Numbered from the whole stretch's first letter, positions 1-13,971 are shown. The stretch is 63,900 nt of DNA, filler included, from Sphacelaria rigidula (GCA_964200075.2; 7 parts of 7 records of this genome joined end to end with filler, not necessarily neighbours in it), one strand, 5' to 3'. Made by a program: numbers and translations. The notes: generated by a model from the sequence alone, not told the origin.

Positions 1-819
1 TTACCCCACAGAGAGGAGGCTAGGTCTGCTTTTCAGATTCGCTTGGCTCCGAGGTTCGAAATCGGCCGCGGTAACAAAAATCTGTGCGTAAAAATTCGTG
101 CGAAAAACTCTGTGCTTGCCGACCTCCGCATAACATCTGGCCTTCCTGTGCAATCAAAATATCCGGGGACCGGACATGAAGATGTACCCAAGGGCCTTTT
201 CGTGAATCGGCATCATTTTAGTCTTTTTCAAGTAAAAATGATGCCGATTCTCAAAATGACCCGCTCAATCAAAGAAAGGCCTGCGAAAAAAGCACCGGGC
301 GGTAAGCTGCAATTTTTCATTGTTCTTGCTTACGCTCTCACTGATTGGACGCCTACGCTAAAAGGAAAACTAATCGCGTTACCGCTTCAATGTGAGTGTG
401 TTCATGTGTTGCACATATAGTTTGGTCAACGTGGAATCTTGTCCTCGTCAAGGGTGAACGGTAATGGAAAATCATTGCACAACCTGATCAACCTTACGTT
501 ATAATGTGTTTTGCGCAATACAGCCACACATATACAACAACATGGTCCAAATAAAACTCTAGCCCGAAGGGCTCTTCTTGCGTTCTGCAGTCTGGTGCCA
601 CCTGTGTTCATCGCGTGTATGCGTGTGTAGTTAAAATTTTCGTTTTTCAGCATCAAAGTGTCAGATCCACCATCAGGGCTCCGCATATTGCCTATTACGC
701 GCGCACTTTCAGGCACTGACTGCTTGGGTCGAAGGTCGAAGATCGCCTTCGTCAAACGTGAACGATGATGGGAAAACATTGCGCTATCTCATCAAGCTTT
801 CGACAATGAAAAATTTCGC

Positions 820-921
820 AGGGTGACGTGAATCTGAAGGGGTTTCTTAAGTGTACTGTTTCAAGAGTAGGTCTAATTGTCCCGCTTACACGGGAGCGTT
901 CACACGTAATCTTAGTTGGAC

Positions 922-952
<31 letters not shown>

Positions 953-1012
953 TGTATGTATGTATGTATGTATGTATGTATGTATGTATGTACGTATGTA
1001 TGTATGTATGTA
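820..1012 (+). repeat. (TATG)n microsatellite (923-1010), probably the 3' tail of a truncated non-LTR retroelement
   Basis: Tetranucleotide array is directly visible. The tail interpretation is inference from microsatellite-tailed LINEs/SINEs. Confidence 0.55.
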
Positions 1013-1424
1013 TATATACAGTTACGTATAAATTTCGCTGTACTCGTGACCTGCATCCTCTTGACCCCCCCCTCCCCCCTGTTCCCTTTTGAGGGTTGAC
1101 GTTGGTTGGCAACGACCCTGTAGAATACGCCACTCACTGCGAAAGCTAGGCAGCCAGGTTATCGGGGGGCGGTTCGCTTCCGACTTTTTTGTGGTAAGTC
1201 GAGTTTGATCATATTGCGCGGGGTGAGGAACTTGAACTCCACGCAAAGGGGATGATCGGACAACGCAGTGTTTAAATGGTGAGGCCCCCACGAGGCAGTG
1301 TATAAGCCGTTCCTGTCTGCGGAAGTGGCGGTACCAAAAGTGAAGCAACTTGTGGGAGGCTGTCGTCCACATGTGACATGATTAGTACGCTTCGGGTCGA
1401 ACAATCTTAGCAGGATGCAGCTGA

Positions 1425-1583
1425 TCCTTCATGCGACTCGCCGAACACATCATGGCGCTTCGTGCTTGGTGATTGCGAGCCTGGTCCAGCGAAAACCCGG
1501 CGTGCTCGGTCCAGGGTTTGTAGAGATGGAAGATCAACGGTCTTATGAAAACGGCACACAAGATCATGGGTACACACCCCCAC
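1425..1583 (-). mobile_element. Terminal segment of a dispersed DNA-transposon-like repeat (G-run terminus family)
   Basis: Reverse complement aligns with 41300-41455 (GGAGCACGCCGGGTTTTCGC, CACCAAGC, GCATGAAGG); related termini at 32186-32290 and 46233-46310. Confidence 0.65.
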
Positions 1584-3809
1584 ATCGCCCCCTCCTCGGG
1601 ACGAGTCCGTAGTCAGAAGTCGCGAGAGATGCGCTCATCTATTCCCCGACGGATGCCTGTTAAGTTTATCGAGCTCTAGATCATGGCCATCAGCACTCCC
1701 GCAGCAAGTAGGCCTTTGCGGGTGTTTCTGCTAACTCACGCTCTCACGCTTCCCAGCATAGCAACCAAAAATCATCAAACATAACATTTCTGTGGAGAAT
1801 CACAGACGCGAATCCGCCGATCTGGCCGATGGTAATCCAGCCTGACTAACTGGGCATGCTATTTCTTTCGTTCTTTCTTTCGTTCTTTCCTTCTTTATCC
1901 TTACCTTATTTTTTCATTTCCTCCTTGCTTCGTGTCATCATTTTTTTTATGTTTTCGTCGGGGCCGATTAGTTGTGTTCTTATCATCCCCTCTTCTTTAC
2001 CCTTTCTTCCCCCTTCCCTCCATACATGTTCTTCCTTTCTTTTTTTATTATCCTCATTGTTCAGTTTACTCCGTTTCTTATTTCTTTTCGTATTCTGTCT
2101 GTGCTGTCTTTCTCGGTGTTCTTATATTAATAGCGAGTGTTTCCTTTTTGTTACCTCGAGTACATATATCTTGTGACAACGACTGGATTCCTCTTGTGGA
2201 AATTGATCAGTTGATGTACGATACGCAATCAAGTGAATAATCTAATGAGTTCTGCACCAATTTGAAAGCTCCTCTAATGAGAAGGTTGTTGATGTAGCTA
2301 TATGTTCGTAACATGCACGTGTTGCCAACTCGCTTCAAATGTGGGAACATGGCTACAGGAGGCGTTTTCGACCTCACCAACGGGGAACCGCAAAATTCGT
2401 CAAAGCACATCCCTGCAGGACGAGAAAGTAATAACCGTGCATAACTCGTGTGAACAATAACCATACGCATCAAAAATGAGTGCTTGTTGGTCTTGATTCT
2501 TCCTTCATTTTCGCGTCTCTCCCTTTTCATTCGAATGTATATTTTCTCTGCGTTATTTTCAATATTCCTCCCGTTTACGAGTTTTGTTTTTGCAAGTATT
2601 CCCGAGCACCTACCTTGGGTAGGTCAATGTTGTGTTATTGGCTGAATTCGGCGCGGATCACCCTCTGTACGACATCCAACACATCAATATTTCTATGCAT
2701 GAAAGAAACAAACGTTGTGGACCTGGGTTTGCGGAGTAACATTGCACTTGAATCTCCTGCACACAGGTACGCACAACAAGACGAGAGATTGATGCATCAG
2801 AATCACCATCGGGCGATGTATGGGAATCTTCCATTCATCAAGTACCTCCGCAATAATTTCGCTGGAGCTGAGAGAGTGCAGTGACACGCCTTATTCTAGT
2901 CGGTATGTAACGGAAGAAAGCATCCCTGCTCTCGACTATATAGTCGGCGAACAGGCTTTTCCCAGCACTTTATATCAGGATACGATACTACGTTCATTCT
3001 TTACTTGTTGATGGCAACTACTTGTCGTTTCCGAGGAAGCGATCGTTGCTTGATCGATAACTAGTAGAACGATGTTCTGACCGAGTTGTTACGATCCACT
3101 TTACTTCCTTTTTTCTGCTTTGCCTTTCTTGTTCAATTATATTTCGACTTTTTTTTTTTCCAGCTCACTCCGTCGTTCCAAATCTTCCTTCTTTTCCCAG
3201 TGTGATATCTTCTTCCAGTATTTCTTCTCTGGGGAACGTTTCCGTTTTGCTTACCTTGGGTATCCTCATCTTGTAGGCACGGCTGTGTTGTGAATAATGA
3301 CCACGGCAAGGCCGGATCATGACCCCTCGGTGATCACTTCATGTGCAACAATCAATCGATCACCCAATCTTCGCTCCATCAAGCAACTGGTATCGTGATG
3401 TCTTACTTATTAATAGGAAGTAATGATCAGTAGTGGTGTCCTCACCTGCGGGGGTGTCATGCTGACGTACCAACCCCATTGTGGGGACCACGTCCCAGCC
3501 GACGATGTGCTTGTTCGAGGAAGCATGTTACCGTACACCTCCGACCCGTGCTGCGCCGATCCGTCTAATTCAAATGGGGCATGGCAGCAGCGTGGGTGAA
3601 GCAGTGAGGCAAGGTAACGCCGAATTTGAAACCGGTTATAACCTGTAGTGTGCCGTCAGCCATTGGACCGCAAATCTGCTGTCTCGAAAAGTGTACTGGG
3701 ACGCCCATTTCGCATCATCATTACTTTTGTAACTCGCTGCGTTTGCATGGGGAGTAACGCTGAATACGTCTAGTCTCAGGCAACGCGTTTGCAAACGTCT
3801 TCTTCGCAT

Positions 3810-4000
3810 CATCATGCCTGCTTTTTTTTTTGCGGCCGACAACTTCAAGAACAAGATTCACGGTGAAGTTCTCAGGACAACGGTGTCTGTTGCAATATTT
3901 CCCATACATGGAGCATCGAAAAAGTGCCGATGGGTGATACTCGCTGGACGTCAAGACTCTGTATGCCTCACCGGCAACATGATCTCCCGCACCAGACGGA
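3810..4000 (+). pseudogene. Possible transposase fragment with an FAADN motif
   Basis: FFFAADNFKNKIHGEVLRTT resembles the first catalytic DN motif of Academ-type transposases. No other motif found. Confidence 0.2.
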
Positions 4001-5199
4001 CTGTCATCATGAGCAGCAGCGGGTCCAACGCCGGTGCTCGCTTGCCGCCCATCACTTGCTCCGTAGTCTTCGCCGCTTCCCTACCCCCTCAGCACGGTAC
4101 ATCAGAAAGCAGCGGCCGACGCACGGCAAAAATATCGGTTAAGTCAGTGGTTATCCCAAGCAGAAGAACAGCGAAATTTTGGGAGATTCCGCGACGGGCT
4201 ACATAGTTCCGAGGATCGGCCGTAAAAAAACAATAAGACGGTGGGACCCCCACGCACAGGCGGTGTCAAGTGGTGCAAGTGAAATCGTCGACCTTCAAGA
4301 GGGGCGGACCCTTGACGTGGAGTCGGCCCCTACTCGCACGAGTTTGTCTTTTATTTTGAATACGGCATGCCCCCTCCCTTCCCCACCAGTCATGCCGGTA
4401 TCTTACTCAGTGCTCTTTGCCCCAAACTAAAAAAGAAACACTCGACACAACACGGGTGGGTGGGTGAGATGTTGTGTGTCGTATTTCTGTCCGCCTCCGA
4501 ACCCTCATCCCGTACCTCTTCATGTCGTCACATCCGCCTGTACGTCTCGATAGTACCGATTTATACCCCTTCAAATCTGCCACCCCCCAATCCCAGATCC
4601 ACGACATTTCCCTCATGTATTGCTCTGTTGATGAACGTGGTATTACTAATCGCGCCCGCCTCGCGCGAGTGTTTCTTAAACGTACTCTTGCTCTCCCCCC
4701 CAACCTCCCTCCTTCCCCTCCGTCTCGAAGCGAATGCGCGTTCAATGGTCAAACGACTAAGGTACGCAACAAATGAGTACCCCCCCTTCTCCCGGTGCCC
4801 TGTCTCGAAAGGGATGCGTGGCGAATGGTCAAAATGACCAGGACAAGCAACAGAAAAGGACACCCCCCCCCCTCCCTCCGTCAGTTACCCACGGCAAGAG
4901 TTATGGTGCGAGCCGATTCCCGCCGGCGTGAAGTGGGGCCCTGCCTTACGAAGGACCGTCAGAACACAGACAGTACTGAACCAACACGTGAGCTTGGCAA
5001 TGCCGCGCACGTGAGCCATCTACCGTCAGCTTCGGTGGTCATGCATTTGGCATATGGAACATATACTTCAGAGAAAAAACCAAGTACCATTCCTTTACCG
5101 TGTACACCCAAAGTGACAGAATGAAGGGAAACCTGTCCAAGTGCTGTCCGACCGATTATATAGTAGGGGTTTCCCTCACTTGTTCCTCAGGTCATCTGT

Positions 5200-8100
5200 C
5201 TTGTACCTTATGTCAATATTATCGGGCTGCGGTATTCATCTGCGACGACTGTACATGCGCCACGTTCCGCGTAGCTGTCAATCGCTCAATCTCATCACTC
5301 ACCGACAAGTGCTCGTAAAACACCTCCTTGTGCCGTTGGAACACACCCTCTCCTTCCGCCCGTTCCTCATTCCCGCCCCCTCCATCCGGCCCTGTACTCG
5401 CTCCGGATCGTCGTGCTGGCTCCAGCACGCGACTCCCGCTTCCCTTGGAATGACTGAGGGCCCTCAGTGCCACGTTCCTTACCACCGACCGCTCCTCGTT
5501 TTCATTCCCCGGAAGTCCGGCACATCCTCGAAAACGTTCCCCTGACTCTCGACAACATTCTCCCGTTTGTGCACAAAATTCGCCAAGTTTTCGACAAGGT
5601 CCCCCGGGATTTCCCTGCTGATGGCCGTTCTGTGTGGAACTGGACGAGCAGTTGCAACTGGACGGGCACTTCTTCTCTTCCCCTGTGCATCAGTAAGCGA
5701 GCATAATTAAACGTTAAACAGCAGAACAAATGTACGTGTTTCAGCGTTGGCTACTATTATTGTCTTTGCGGCTCCATGAGACAAACTGAAGCATTCAACA
5801 CTGAAACACTCAAGCAATCGCCCCGTGAGGGCACGGGTGAGGTCGATATTTATGTGAAATGATGACAAAAGGTCAATTGCTGGAGTCACGTAAGTGGTAC
5901 GGTGGTTGACGTGGGGGGCCCAAAATCTTTCCAGATTACAGTGTATTTTACACAACAGCTATTCTTTCTGTTTATGCTTGCAACTTGTCCACTTCGACGA
6001 GATCAGTCCCTAGTCTAGTCTACTAGTCCTGAGGGATCGACCCACCCCTCCATCGGGACATGACTCAAATTTTGATATCGCAGATTGGGTCAAAACCATC
6101 GGCATACCCGCACCGCGTGACTCTCATCAAACAAATTTTCGTTTTCAATCGTCAAAATTACAAATCCCCTATATTGTCTCGGTGACGAACACACATACTA
6201 CACATCGCGTTTAGAATCACCACCCCTCGTCCTTCTCCCCCTGCCCCCCTTTACTTTCAAACCTACGAACTAATATGCCACCCCCCCCCTCCCCCTTATT
6301 ATTGCTCCTTCTACGTAACCTGCACGTTCATCTCTCCTTATTTTGCCACTAACACGCTACACCTTTTCAACGACGGATATAAGATGCTTCTCAGATAAAA
6401 AGCGCACCCCACATGAGACAACATTCGAACACGAAACAAATCTTCCGCCCTTACTCTTTTCAGTGTCACCACTTACACTGCCGGGGGAAAAGGGTCCTTC
6501 ACTACTCTCATCCCTTCAAGACACTTATCCTCACCCCCACTGCCAACGATACCGTTTTCCCCCATGCTGTTCCTTGGTCCACAGGCGCTGGGATTGTTGG
6601 TGTTTCCCCCTCCCGCCGTTGATTGATCTGGTGCCTCACAGCTCGCGTCCGAGACAAGAATTCCTCGCTCATCCTGACAGCGAAAGAGGTCAACGACAGC
6701 GGGAAGCACGGTCGTGTCAAGACATTCACCAACGAAACCGTAAACGATGGATATGACAGTCTACGAAAATGATGACTCTGAGGTATATTTACTGTGCAAA
6801 GCAGACGTTGCTTGCTGAAGAACTAACTCCAGTATCTTGATTTCATTTCCAGCACTGCTCATGTGCATGTTGAGGTTGGTGTACCTCATTACGCGGATAC
6901 TTGCCGGACGGGGTACTTTCTTTGCATGACCCTTGATATTCGCGAAAGCCTGGACGAAGCGTAGCAAGAGAAGTCGCCGAAAAATACGACTCTTTGATGA
7001 ATCATTTCAAGTGTGATTTTTTTGTTCATTTTTTCAAACCCATTGATCCCGCTGTCACTTTTGAAGAGCTCTTCATGTTCGGCGAAACCATGGCAGCTTT
7101 TACTCGCAGTATCATCGGTGACGGTACGCCACATGGCATAGCTACCTCGTAGTATTCGGCGAGTGAACCACCATATTCATCGCTCCAGCTGAGCCTCCCC
7201 TTAGAGTTAACCTTGCTTTTCCACCAGTTCCTTCGGTCTGCTAGGTTGGCCTTCAAAAAAACAGGAAAAGAGATGGGACGTCGAGTTGGTTAGTTGGGGT
7301 TCGGATTAGGATCAAAGGTAGGGCTCAAGTCTGGTTGTGTGGGATCGGCAAGTGGTCGAGCGAAGGTCATGCTCCTCATATGTGCCACCCTCAGTTGTAA
7401 TGCAGAAATCCCGATACCGTACATACGCAAACGCATCACATGTTCAGCTGTAGCGGAGGCTGGATCACACCCGTCGCAGGACATGTACCTCGCAAGGAAC
7501 GCTTGCACCCTCATCAAATCTAGAGCAAGCAGGGAGTTCATCCAAATAGTCTCGAAGCTCACGATTCGGGGCCTCAGAGCTGGGCGTTTGTGTTATGGAT
7601 GATCCGCTCTGCTTACCACGAGGTCGGTGCAGCCAGCTAGCGCTCCCCATCGCTCGGCAAGATTCAACCGTCGTGAGATTGATCAACGGTCGAATATTTA
7701 TTTTCAAGTGCTTTCCTCCGTCTCGCAATCACACTCTGCCGTAAATGTACTACATTTCTTGTCCGCAAATGGGGAGCAACGTTTCCAGTCCAGGAATCGA
7801 ACTACCAACCTCATCCTCGCGTAGGGGTGGATATCATCTCATAGACCAGGGGGTGAGTGATCGTAGAGGAAGCGATCAGGGGTTAGTCTTCGAAATCATC
7901 GCTCTGGTCTGGTGGAGTGGAAGTAACCCTTCGACGGTGAATAATTTGTGTGTCTTCACCGCAACAGCCTCCTCCCACACATTGAAATCAACGCCACCAG
8001 GCGTGCGCATCTTCCCGAAGGGGCGATTCAGAAACATTTCTCCGCAGCCGAAAGGGGGTAACTGTTGACTACTGCTTGCCGCTGATTCTTCATTGGGTAC

Positions 8101-8260
8101 ACGTTTCATGTTTCCGCACAAGGCGCAAACAAATACGTGGAAAATCAAACCAGGAGAAACGTCAAGCCGTTGAACACAACTCCACCAGCGACCGCGCGCC
8201 TCCTTCGATTTGTACGCTTGCCGGTGTAATACCCTGGAACACACGGGTCATACGCGGCAT
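5200..8260 (-). pseudogene. Degenerate hAT-like transposase
   Basis: Motifs in hAT order on the minus strand: BED-finger-like RGRWWSCVQRL...FVCALCG (~8200-8100), TVTDDTAS (~7120), HQRVVFFGDFS, KKVPRPASIR (TRW position), and dimerisation-like VRNVALRALSHS (~5480). Many stops and frameshifts. Confidence 0.5.
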
Positions 8261-8877
8261 CGGTCGCGTTACATCTGGTGACAAATCAACAAAGCTGGAG
8301 CAAGCTCCCTACATTGCTTATCGTACATCCAAGTCATCCCCGGCATGAGCATGAGCAAGACGGAAACACTCAGTGTGGAAATCTTGAAAAAGGAGAAGGC
8401 GACAAGAAAGATTAGACAAACCATATTAACGGAGGGGAAAGGAAAGCAGAGACAAGAACTGAACAGGGGAAAGCGAGAGAGTTCCGAAAATGCCTGCAAG
8501 GTATTATAGTGATCCGGGGCACAAATGTACGTAGAACGCCCCAAATACATGATACGGTGAGAGGCGTGAGTTTGTCGAGCTACTTCTGAGCGCGGATAAT
8601 ATGCGCCATGCAGTGTTCTTTAGTCTTGAATACTGAACAGGAAGTCGGCGGTATCTGACGGTAATACTCCCTACGTCCCTCCATGTTCTTCTTTTCTTGG
8701 TTTGACGAAGCTGCTAAGTGGCCACTAATGGTGTTATTCCGGAACAATTTCACACATTTTCTCCATCTACCCCCAAGTGATTATTTTCCAAAAAATATGA
8801 CCGAATACGATACTGTACACGCAGCCTGAACAGAGTGACCCAGAACCTCACGGGTTGTACAGCCGTGGCTGCTTTTT

Positions 8878-8878
<1 letters not shown>

Positions 8879-8914
<36 letters not shown>

Positions 8915-9043
8915 GTCGTCCCACCCATTCTGGGCACCGGTCTACACCTTGCGGTATATGTGGGCGCACCAGCCGGGGTCACACAGGAGGAAGGTCAACA
9001 CAGGAGCTTTTTCTTTTTTCTTTGTTTTTCAGTACCCCACCTT
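8879..9043 (-). mobile_element. SINE family 1, 3' part with (CA)n tail, cut by contig end
   Basis: Reverse complement matches 29690-29830 and 53330-53448 (CCTGTGTTGACCTTCCTC...GGGACGACAACACAC). Confidence 0.9.
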
Positions 9044-9143
9044 NNNNNNNNNNNNNNNNNNNNNNNNNNNNNNNNNNNNNNNNNNNNTTAATTAATTAAN
9101 NNNNNNNNNNNNNNNNNNNNNNNNNNNNNNNNNNNNNNNNNNN
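9044..9143. other. Artificial contig-joining spacer (44N-TTAATTAATTAA-44N); identical copies at 18187-18286, 27330-27429, 36473-36572, 45616-45715, 54759-54858
   Basis: Six identical 100-nt spacers at exact 9143-nt periodicity; the 12-mer gives stop codons in all six frames. Confidence 0.99.
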
Positions 9144-9273
9144 CGTGACGCTCATTCATGCCGATTGACATCGTTTTTAACGAAATACAAGCGCACCGCG
9201 AGTGTGGTAGGTCGTCTGACACACTTACAAGCCTCTTTTTACGTGCAATCAAATACCCCCCCCCTCCCCTCCC

Positions 9274-10318
9274 TGTCGTAGGATGACTCTTTCACTGTTT
9301 CGAAGATACTGAGGATGTGAATCGGCGTCAAGTACACGGAGAGTTATCATCCCCTAGCGAGGAAGAGTCAGATGAGGTCATAGTCCAACCGGAATGTGGG
9401 AATCGTTCCGCGCCTCCATGTACGTCGAGAGCCGCCCGGTGGACCTTGACGTTGTGACGAAAGTCCACGCCGTGCAAGCATCCCGCCCCCACATGATAGG
9501 CGAGTATTTCATCAAACGTTTTAGCTAACGTCCCCGTTATCCCCCAGTCGACGATGCGTGTGTGTTGGGGCGTGTAGGGACAGTATGATACACGGGTTTA
9601 CTTTATCTTCGTTATCAATTCCTGACGTGGCGTCATGTGCGCAAGTACAGCAGCAACAGTTTTATCCGCGTATATATATATATATATACATATCGGCAGA
9701 AGTACATGCGGTTGCGTGTTTCAGTGCATTTTTTTGCCCTCGCAGAGCGTGCAGGTGGATCACGGGATGAACAGGAGGAGGAGAGAGAGGGAATGCCTCA
9801 AAAGCGCGTGCCTAGAATCCCTCACGGCGCAGAGGTGCTGTGTGACGCGTGCAGTGGTTTGGTGGGCGTGCATAGCGGCAGCTTGCCTCGTGTAGTGGTA
9901 TTTTTTCTCTGCGTTAGAGTTTCTTTCTGATATTCTTTGCTGCTCTCAATCTCCCTCTCCCGTCAAGATTCCTTTGTCGATCCCCCCCCGCCATTTGAGG
10001 CACTAGTATCGGTGGCAGGCGGTTGTTTCCCGTGTATCGTTGATAGGGTGCAGCATAAGCACGCGGGGTCTAATTGGTCTCCCCCACACCTTTCCCCCTT
10101 GAATGTTTGCTCCTATAAACGTTTGGGACATGGTCTTTTCAGCGAAGGTGTATTGTTTGTTCTTAGTTTTTTCCGTCTAAGTACCGAGTAGCCACCCCCT
10201 CTCCCATGTAGTGGTGGCGAATATATTTATATATACATATCACCATTTATTGCTCCCCCGCGCACAGAGTGGCCGTAATAAAAATGTGAAATTATATCTT
10301 CTACACGACTGCACGACA
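9274..10318 (+). repeat. Possible solo LTR
   Basis: TGTCGT...ACGACA inverted ends, TA-rich tract and AATAAA near the 3' end. No TSD, PBS or PPT seen. Confidence 0.2.
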
Positions 10319-11279
10319 AAATAAACGTACGGTATAATCCTTGTTGTTTGGTGCAGATGCCATTGATGAAGATGACAGACCTTGTCTGCGGGTTCTAGTG
10401 TGTCCTAGGCTAATGTCTTGTCGTCACTTACAGAATCGGAAAGGGCTCGTAGATGCTCCATATTATCCATATCTTAACATTGGAGCGTAGCTCCCATAAA
10501 CAACTTTCAGAAACAGTAGAATTGCTCCCTTCCGAGAAGTTGTAGCGCCCTCAATAACAACAAGCGGTAAACAATCGGGTGCTGGAACACATGTCATGGT
10601 TCGATACTCACCACCTAGGTAGGAAGGTGACAGTTCAGTGGGCACCGGGGGCTAGCGGGCATAAACGCAATCATTAGTATCGAAGCCATTGAGCTCGATT
10701 TTACCAAGTGTAGAGTCAGCCACCGCACCAGTGGTCAGGTGGCATGCCGTGGTCCGGGCAGGAGGCGGGGCAACATATGTTGCATGGAGGACAGGCTTTC
10801 ATTTTGTAAAGACCAGAGAATCCTCTGAGATCGCAGTCCGTGATGGCGTAGATGCTCTTGTGTTATTGGCGTACAGGCTAACTTGTGCTTTGCTAGTGGA
10901 GACGCGTAGTCCAAAACGCTGTGACCCCTGGGGAAAGACAGATCAAATCTACCACAAAATGTAGTATGACCCATCAGGTACCAAGCATGACAAAGTATGA
11001 CACATGGAACCTAGTCGACTGGCAAATGACCAATAAATCTGTAACATTCCCGTAGCCATATTTATATGGCTACACACAAATTTAGTGGAGGGCTGGAAGG
11101 GCCAGAACAAAAACAAAGCCTGTGCATCATACGCCTGAAAGTAAAACGAGAAAACCCTGCTGGATTACGATACAGGGGAAACCTCGTTGCAGATCTAATG
11201 AATAGGTAAACCTTGATAAGCAGGGGGAAATCCATCTGTTAGGAAAGGGAAAAAACTCTACAACGCCTTTTCCAACGAC

Positions 11280-12420
11280 AGAAACAGCAGACAAGTACGG
11301 TCGCTGTCGTTTTCCCGGGATCTCAGTTGAACTAGAGAACGATCGGCTAGTTAGCGTGATCGCGCGTCGACACCCCGGATCAGTGACACTGGATTCTGAG
11401 GTAGTGCGGGGCTTGAACCTCGCTAAAAACAACCTTTCCACGAACTGACCAATAGTTACAGGAGTGCAGCTTTTGAGGGGTGCTCTTCTGTAACTACTGA
11501 CACCTATTCTACTAGAAATAGAGCCCACTCGCCTTGGCTCACACATGTGCCCGTATATTGCCAAACGGGAAGCAATCAATAACGAAGCGGCGAAAGAAAA
11601 AGACAACAACACTCGAAATTCATGACTGAAGCTTACGGTAGCAGCAATATATAGTCACATATTCCCTTATTTCATCAAACAACAGCTATTCGTAAACATC
11701 CATGGCTCCAGTCTCTCTTTGGTTCCTCCGTTCCAGCTTGGGGCGCTCGAGTTCCCGGCGAGATAGCTGTTTCCAGTCTCTATCTTCGTATCGTACTCGC
11801 CGAAAGAAATTCCCATAATCATACACGTGGTACTTCAGCTCGGCACTGCCACAGCCTTTCCAGGAGGTGGCACCCATGGGCAAAAGCTTCAAGGCATCAC
11901 TACGTGGGCGAAGCGGGGTGCTTCGAGTGCGATGGCGGGGTCGAAGAAACTGTGGGGTGATACAGGTGCAAAAGGCTGATGACGCAGTATGGGGCAATGG
12001 GCTGTGGGAAAATATATGAGGAACTGTGATCAAAGGAAATGTGTGGGCGATGGAGACGACAGAAATGTGCCAAAAGTGCGATGATGCCAGACAGGGAAAT
12101 GTCGAAATTTTTCGATATTTTGCAAGGAGTCGCACCAGGATGTACGTTATCACCCTCTTTACTCGAGGTATTCTTTGATGACCTGATACTAGCATTAGAC
12201 ATGGCAAAGCAAGGGGTGAAGTTGCTGAAGAAATTGGAAACAGTGCAGCTGGCAGCAGCTAAAACAATACTCGGATGCAATAAAATCAGTGAAGAAGTTG
12301 AGAACAGTACAGATTGCAACAGCTTAGAGAATACTTGGATGCAGTGAAGTTGGTACAGAAGTTGGGAATAGTGCAGAGTACAGCAGCTAAGGAAATTACT
12401 TGGATGCTCGAAACAGATGA
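11280..12420 (+). mobile_element. Internally deleted LINE (CR1/L2-like) ORF2 remnant
   Basis: QVQKADDAVWGNGLW (decayed DxxKAYD motif), DILQGVAPGCTLSPSLLEVFFDDL (RT QG motif), KKLETVQLAAAKTILGC. The YADD region is missing. Confidence 0.8.
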
Positions 12421-13018
12421 GTACGCCCCCCCCCCCCCCCTTTTGAAATCCTTCCCTTTTCCCCACCCGTCAGTGCCTGAAACAACTTAGAGTTCTCGAC
12501 AATCCAACATTGTGACAGATACAGGCAATGCAGTCCAACACGGGGACAAATTCAGGGGTCAGGTCCAATGTGGGTGTAGGGTTCCAGTTTCGTGCCCCTC
12601 AAGGTGGGACGCAAACACTTTGGGTATGGGGTGTTTCGGATGGGGTGGGCGGATATGAAAGTAACTTCTTTCTTTTGAGAAAGCGGTGGTACGTGTGTAC
12701 TGTTTACGGCCAGTCCAGAGCTCGAAGGGAAACGTGTCAGACGGTAGCATGGCGTCGGGTCGTCGGGTAGGGTACGATTGCACAAGAGTGTGCGTGAAGC
12801 GTACTCTCTCTGGGGCCAAGATTTGTACAATTCTGTAACCTTTTCAGCAGCCGTCCCCCTAGGTTCTCGAATCCTGTGAAACTGTAGACATAATTATGGC
12901 GAAAATAAAATAGACAAGGCATACTGAATAAAGATATGACAATGAGGTACGTTGTACTAAATATACGGAGACAAAGCACAGAAATGACAAGAAACGTACC
13001 CTCACACGCATGAGTTAA

Positions 13019-13065
13019 CAAGGGATTCTATAAAATGAGGTTGATCAATGAAATGAGGTTTAAGG
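13019..13065 (+). mobile_element. Isolated TIR of a MITE/DNA transposon family (CAGnGGATTCT...GAAATGAGGTT)
   Basis: Same motif at 26950-26995, 54486-54530 and degenerate at ~63840-63870. Confidence 0.6.
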
Positions 13066-13971
13066 AGGATCGCCTGTGTGCGCCAAAAACCGGGGGAAGT
13101 ACCGTCCGCGCGTGCCCTCGATCATTCTCGTGGAGGGGAATCAAGTGTCGGTGGCTGAACTTACCGTCTTTCGACTGTTCCTGTTTGTCTGCGGCCGGCG
13201 GCGGTGGGGAATGCCACCATGGGCTGGGGAAAAAACGGCGATCCAACAACAGTTTGTCCCATGTGAATCAGGTGGGTGACGGTATTCTCGCTGTTACGTG
13301 CCTCGAGGCCAGTGTGAGAATGACTATCTCCGGCGCTGGTTTGCTCTCCAGTGGCGTGTTGGAGGAAGAATGGACTGTTGCCGCGGTGACGTCTTGGGGG
13401 GATAACAAACCGTTGGTCACCAGCATGTCGGGGATAGGATGGATGTTCTCGTTTCGAGCGTGTTTGCACAAGGGAGACAATATTTATTAATCAAAGACAG
13501 ACAGTACCGCGTACATCCGTCGAGCCCTTCAACCCGGTTCGAGCATGTGTAATCCACCGTTGGCGAACACTCGGCAGCGATGGGAGAGACCATGCCGATG
13601 GCATCAGCACGCTCGTCACTCTTCGCCGCACATCGGCATTGTCCACTCCAATTCAACAATCTTTTCATCTCGTCATCTAGCTCATGAACAGCTCTCTTCG
13701 CACAAAAAGACGCACCGCGCACAGATATTTCATGCTCCCCTCTCCCGTACGGGTGCGCGATGTTTTACTTGTCGGTTTTCGCATTTTTAGCGATCCCTCC
13801 GGGATCCAGCAGCGGTCAAACATGGCACCTCCTGGCTTCCCACATACAACACGCCATGCATTAGACTACAAAGCAACAATTATAATGTAATGCCCACACT
13901 CTCGGATGGCAAGCTTTGTCGAAGTCGCTGGCGTCCCTGTTTTTACTGCGGAAGGTCAGGAGCACTGACCA

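Noticed and set aside
828-1137. ORFs with YVCM/HTYI repeats
   Set aside because: Translations of the (TATG)n microsatellite.
2200-3480. Decayed retroelement coding region
   Set aside because: Looks repeat-derived, but I could not identify a diagnostic motif.
9088-9099. TTAATTAATTAA recurring every 9143 nt as a biological periodic signal
   Set aside because: Always embedded in identical N runs; it is a six-frame stop linker.
13033-13065. Sola1 terminus with AWWT TSD closing the nearby transposase element
   Set aside because: Homology with 26950 and 54486 extends further left (CAGnGGATTCT), so AAAT/AATT lies inside the TIR; no matching other end was found.
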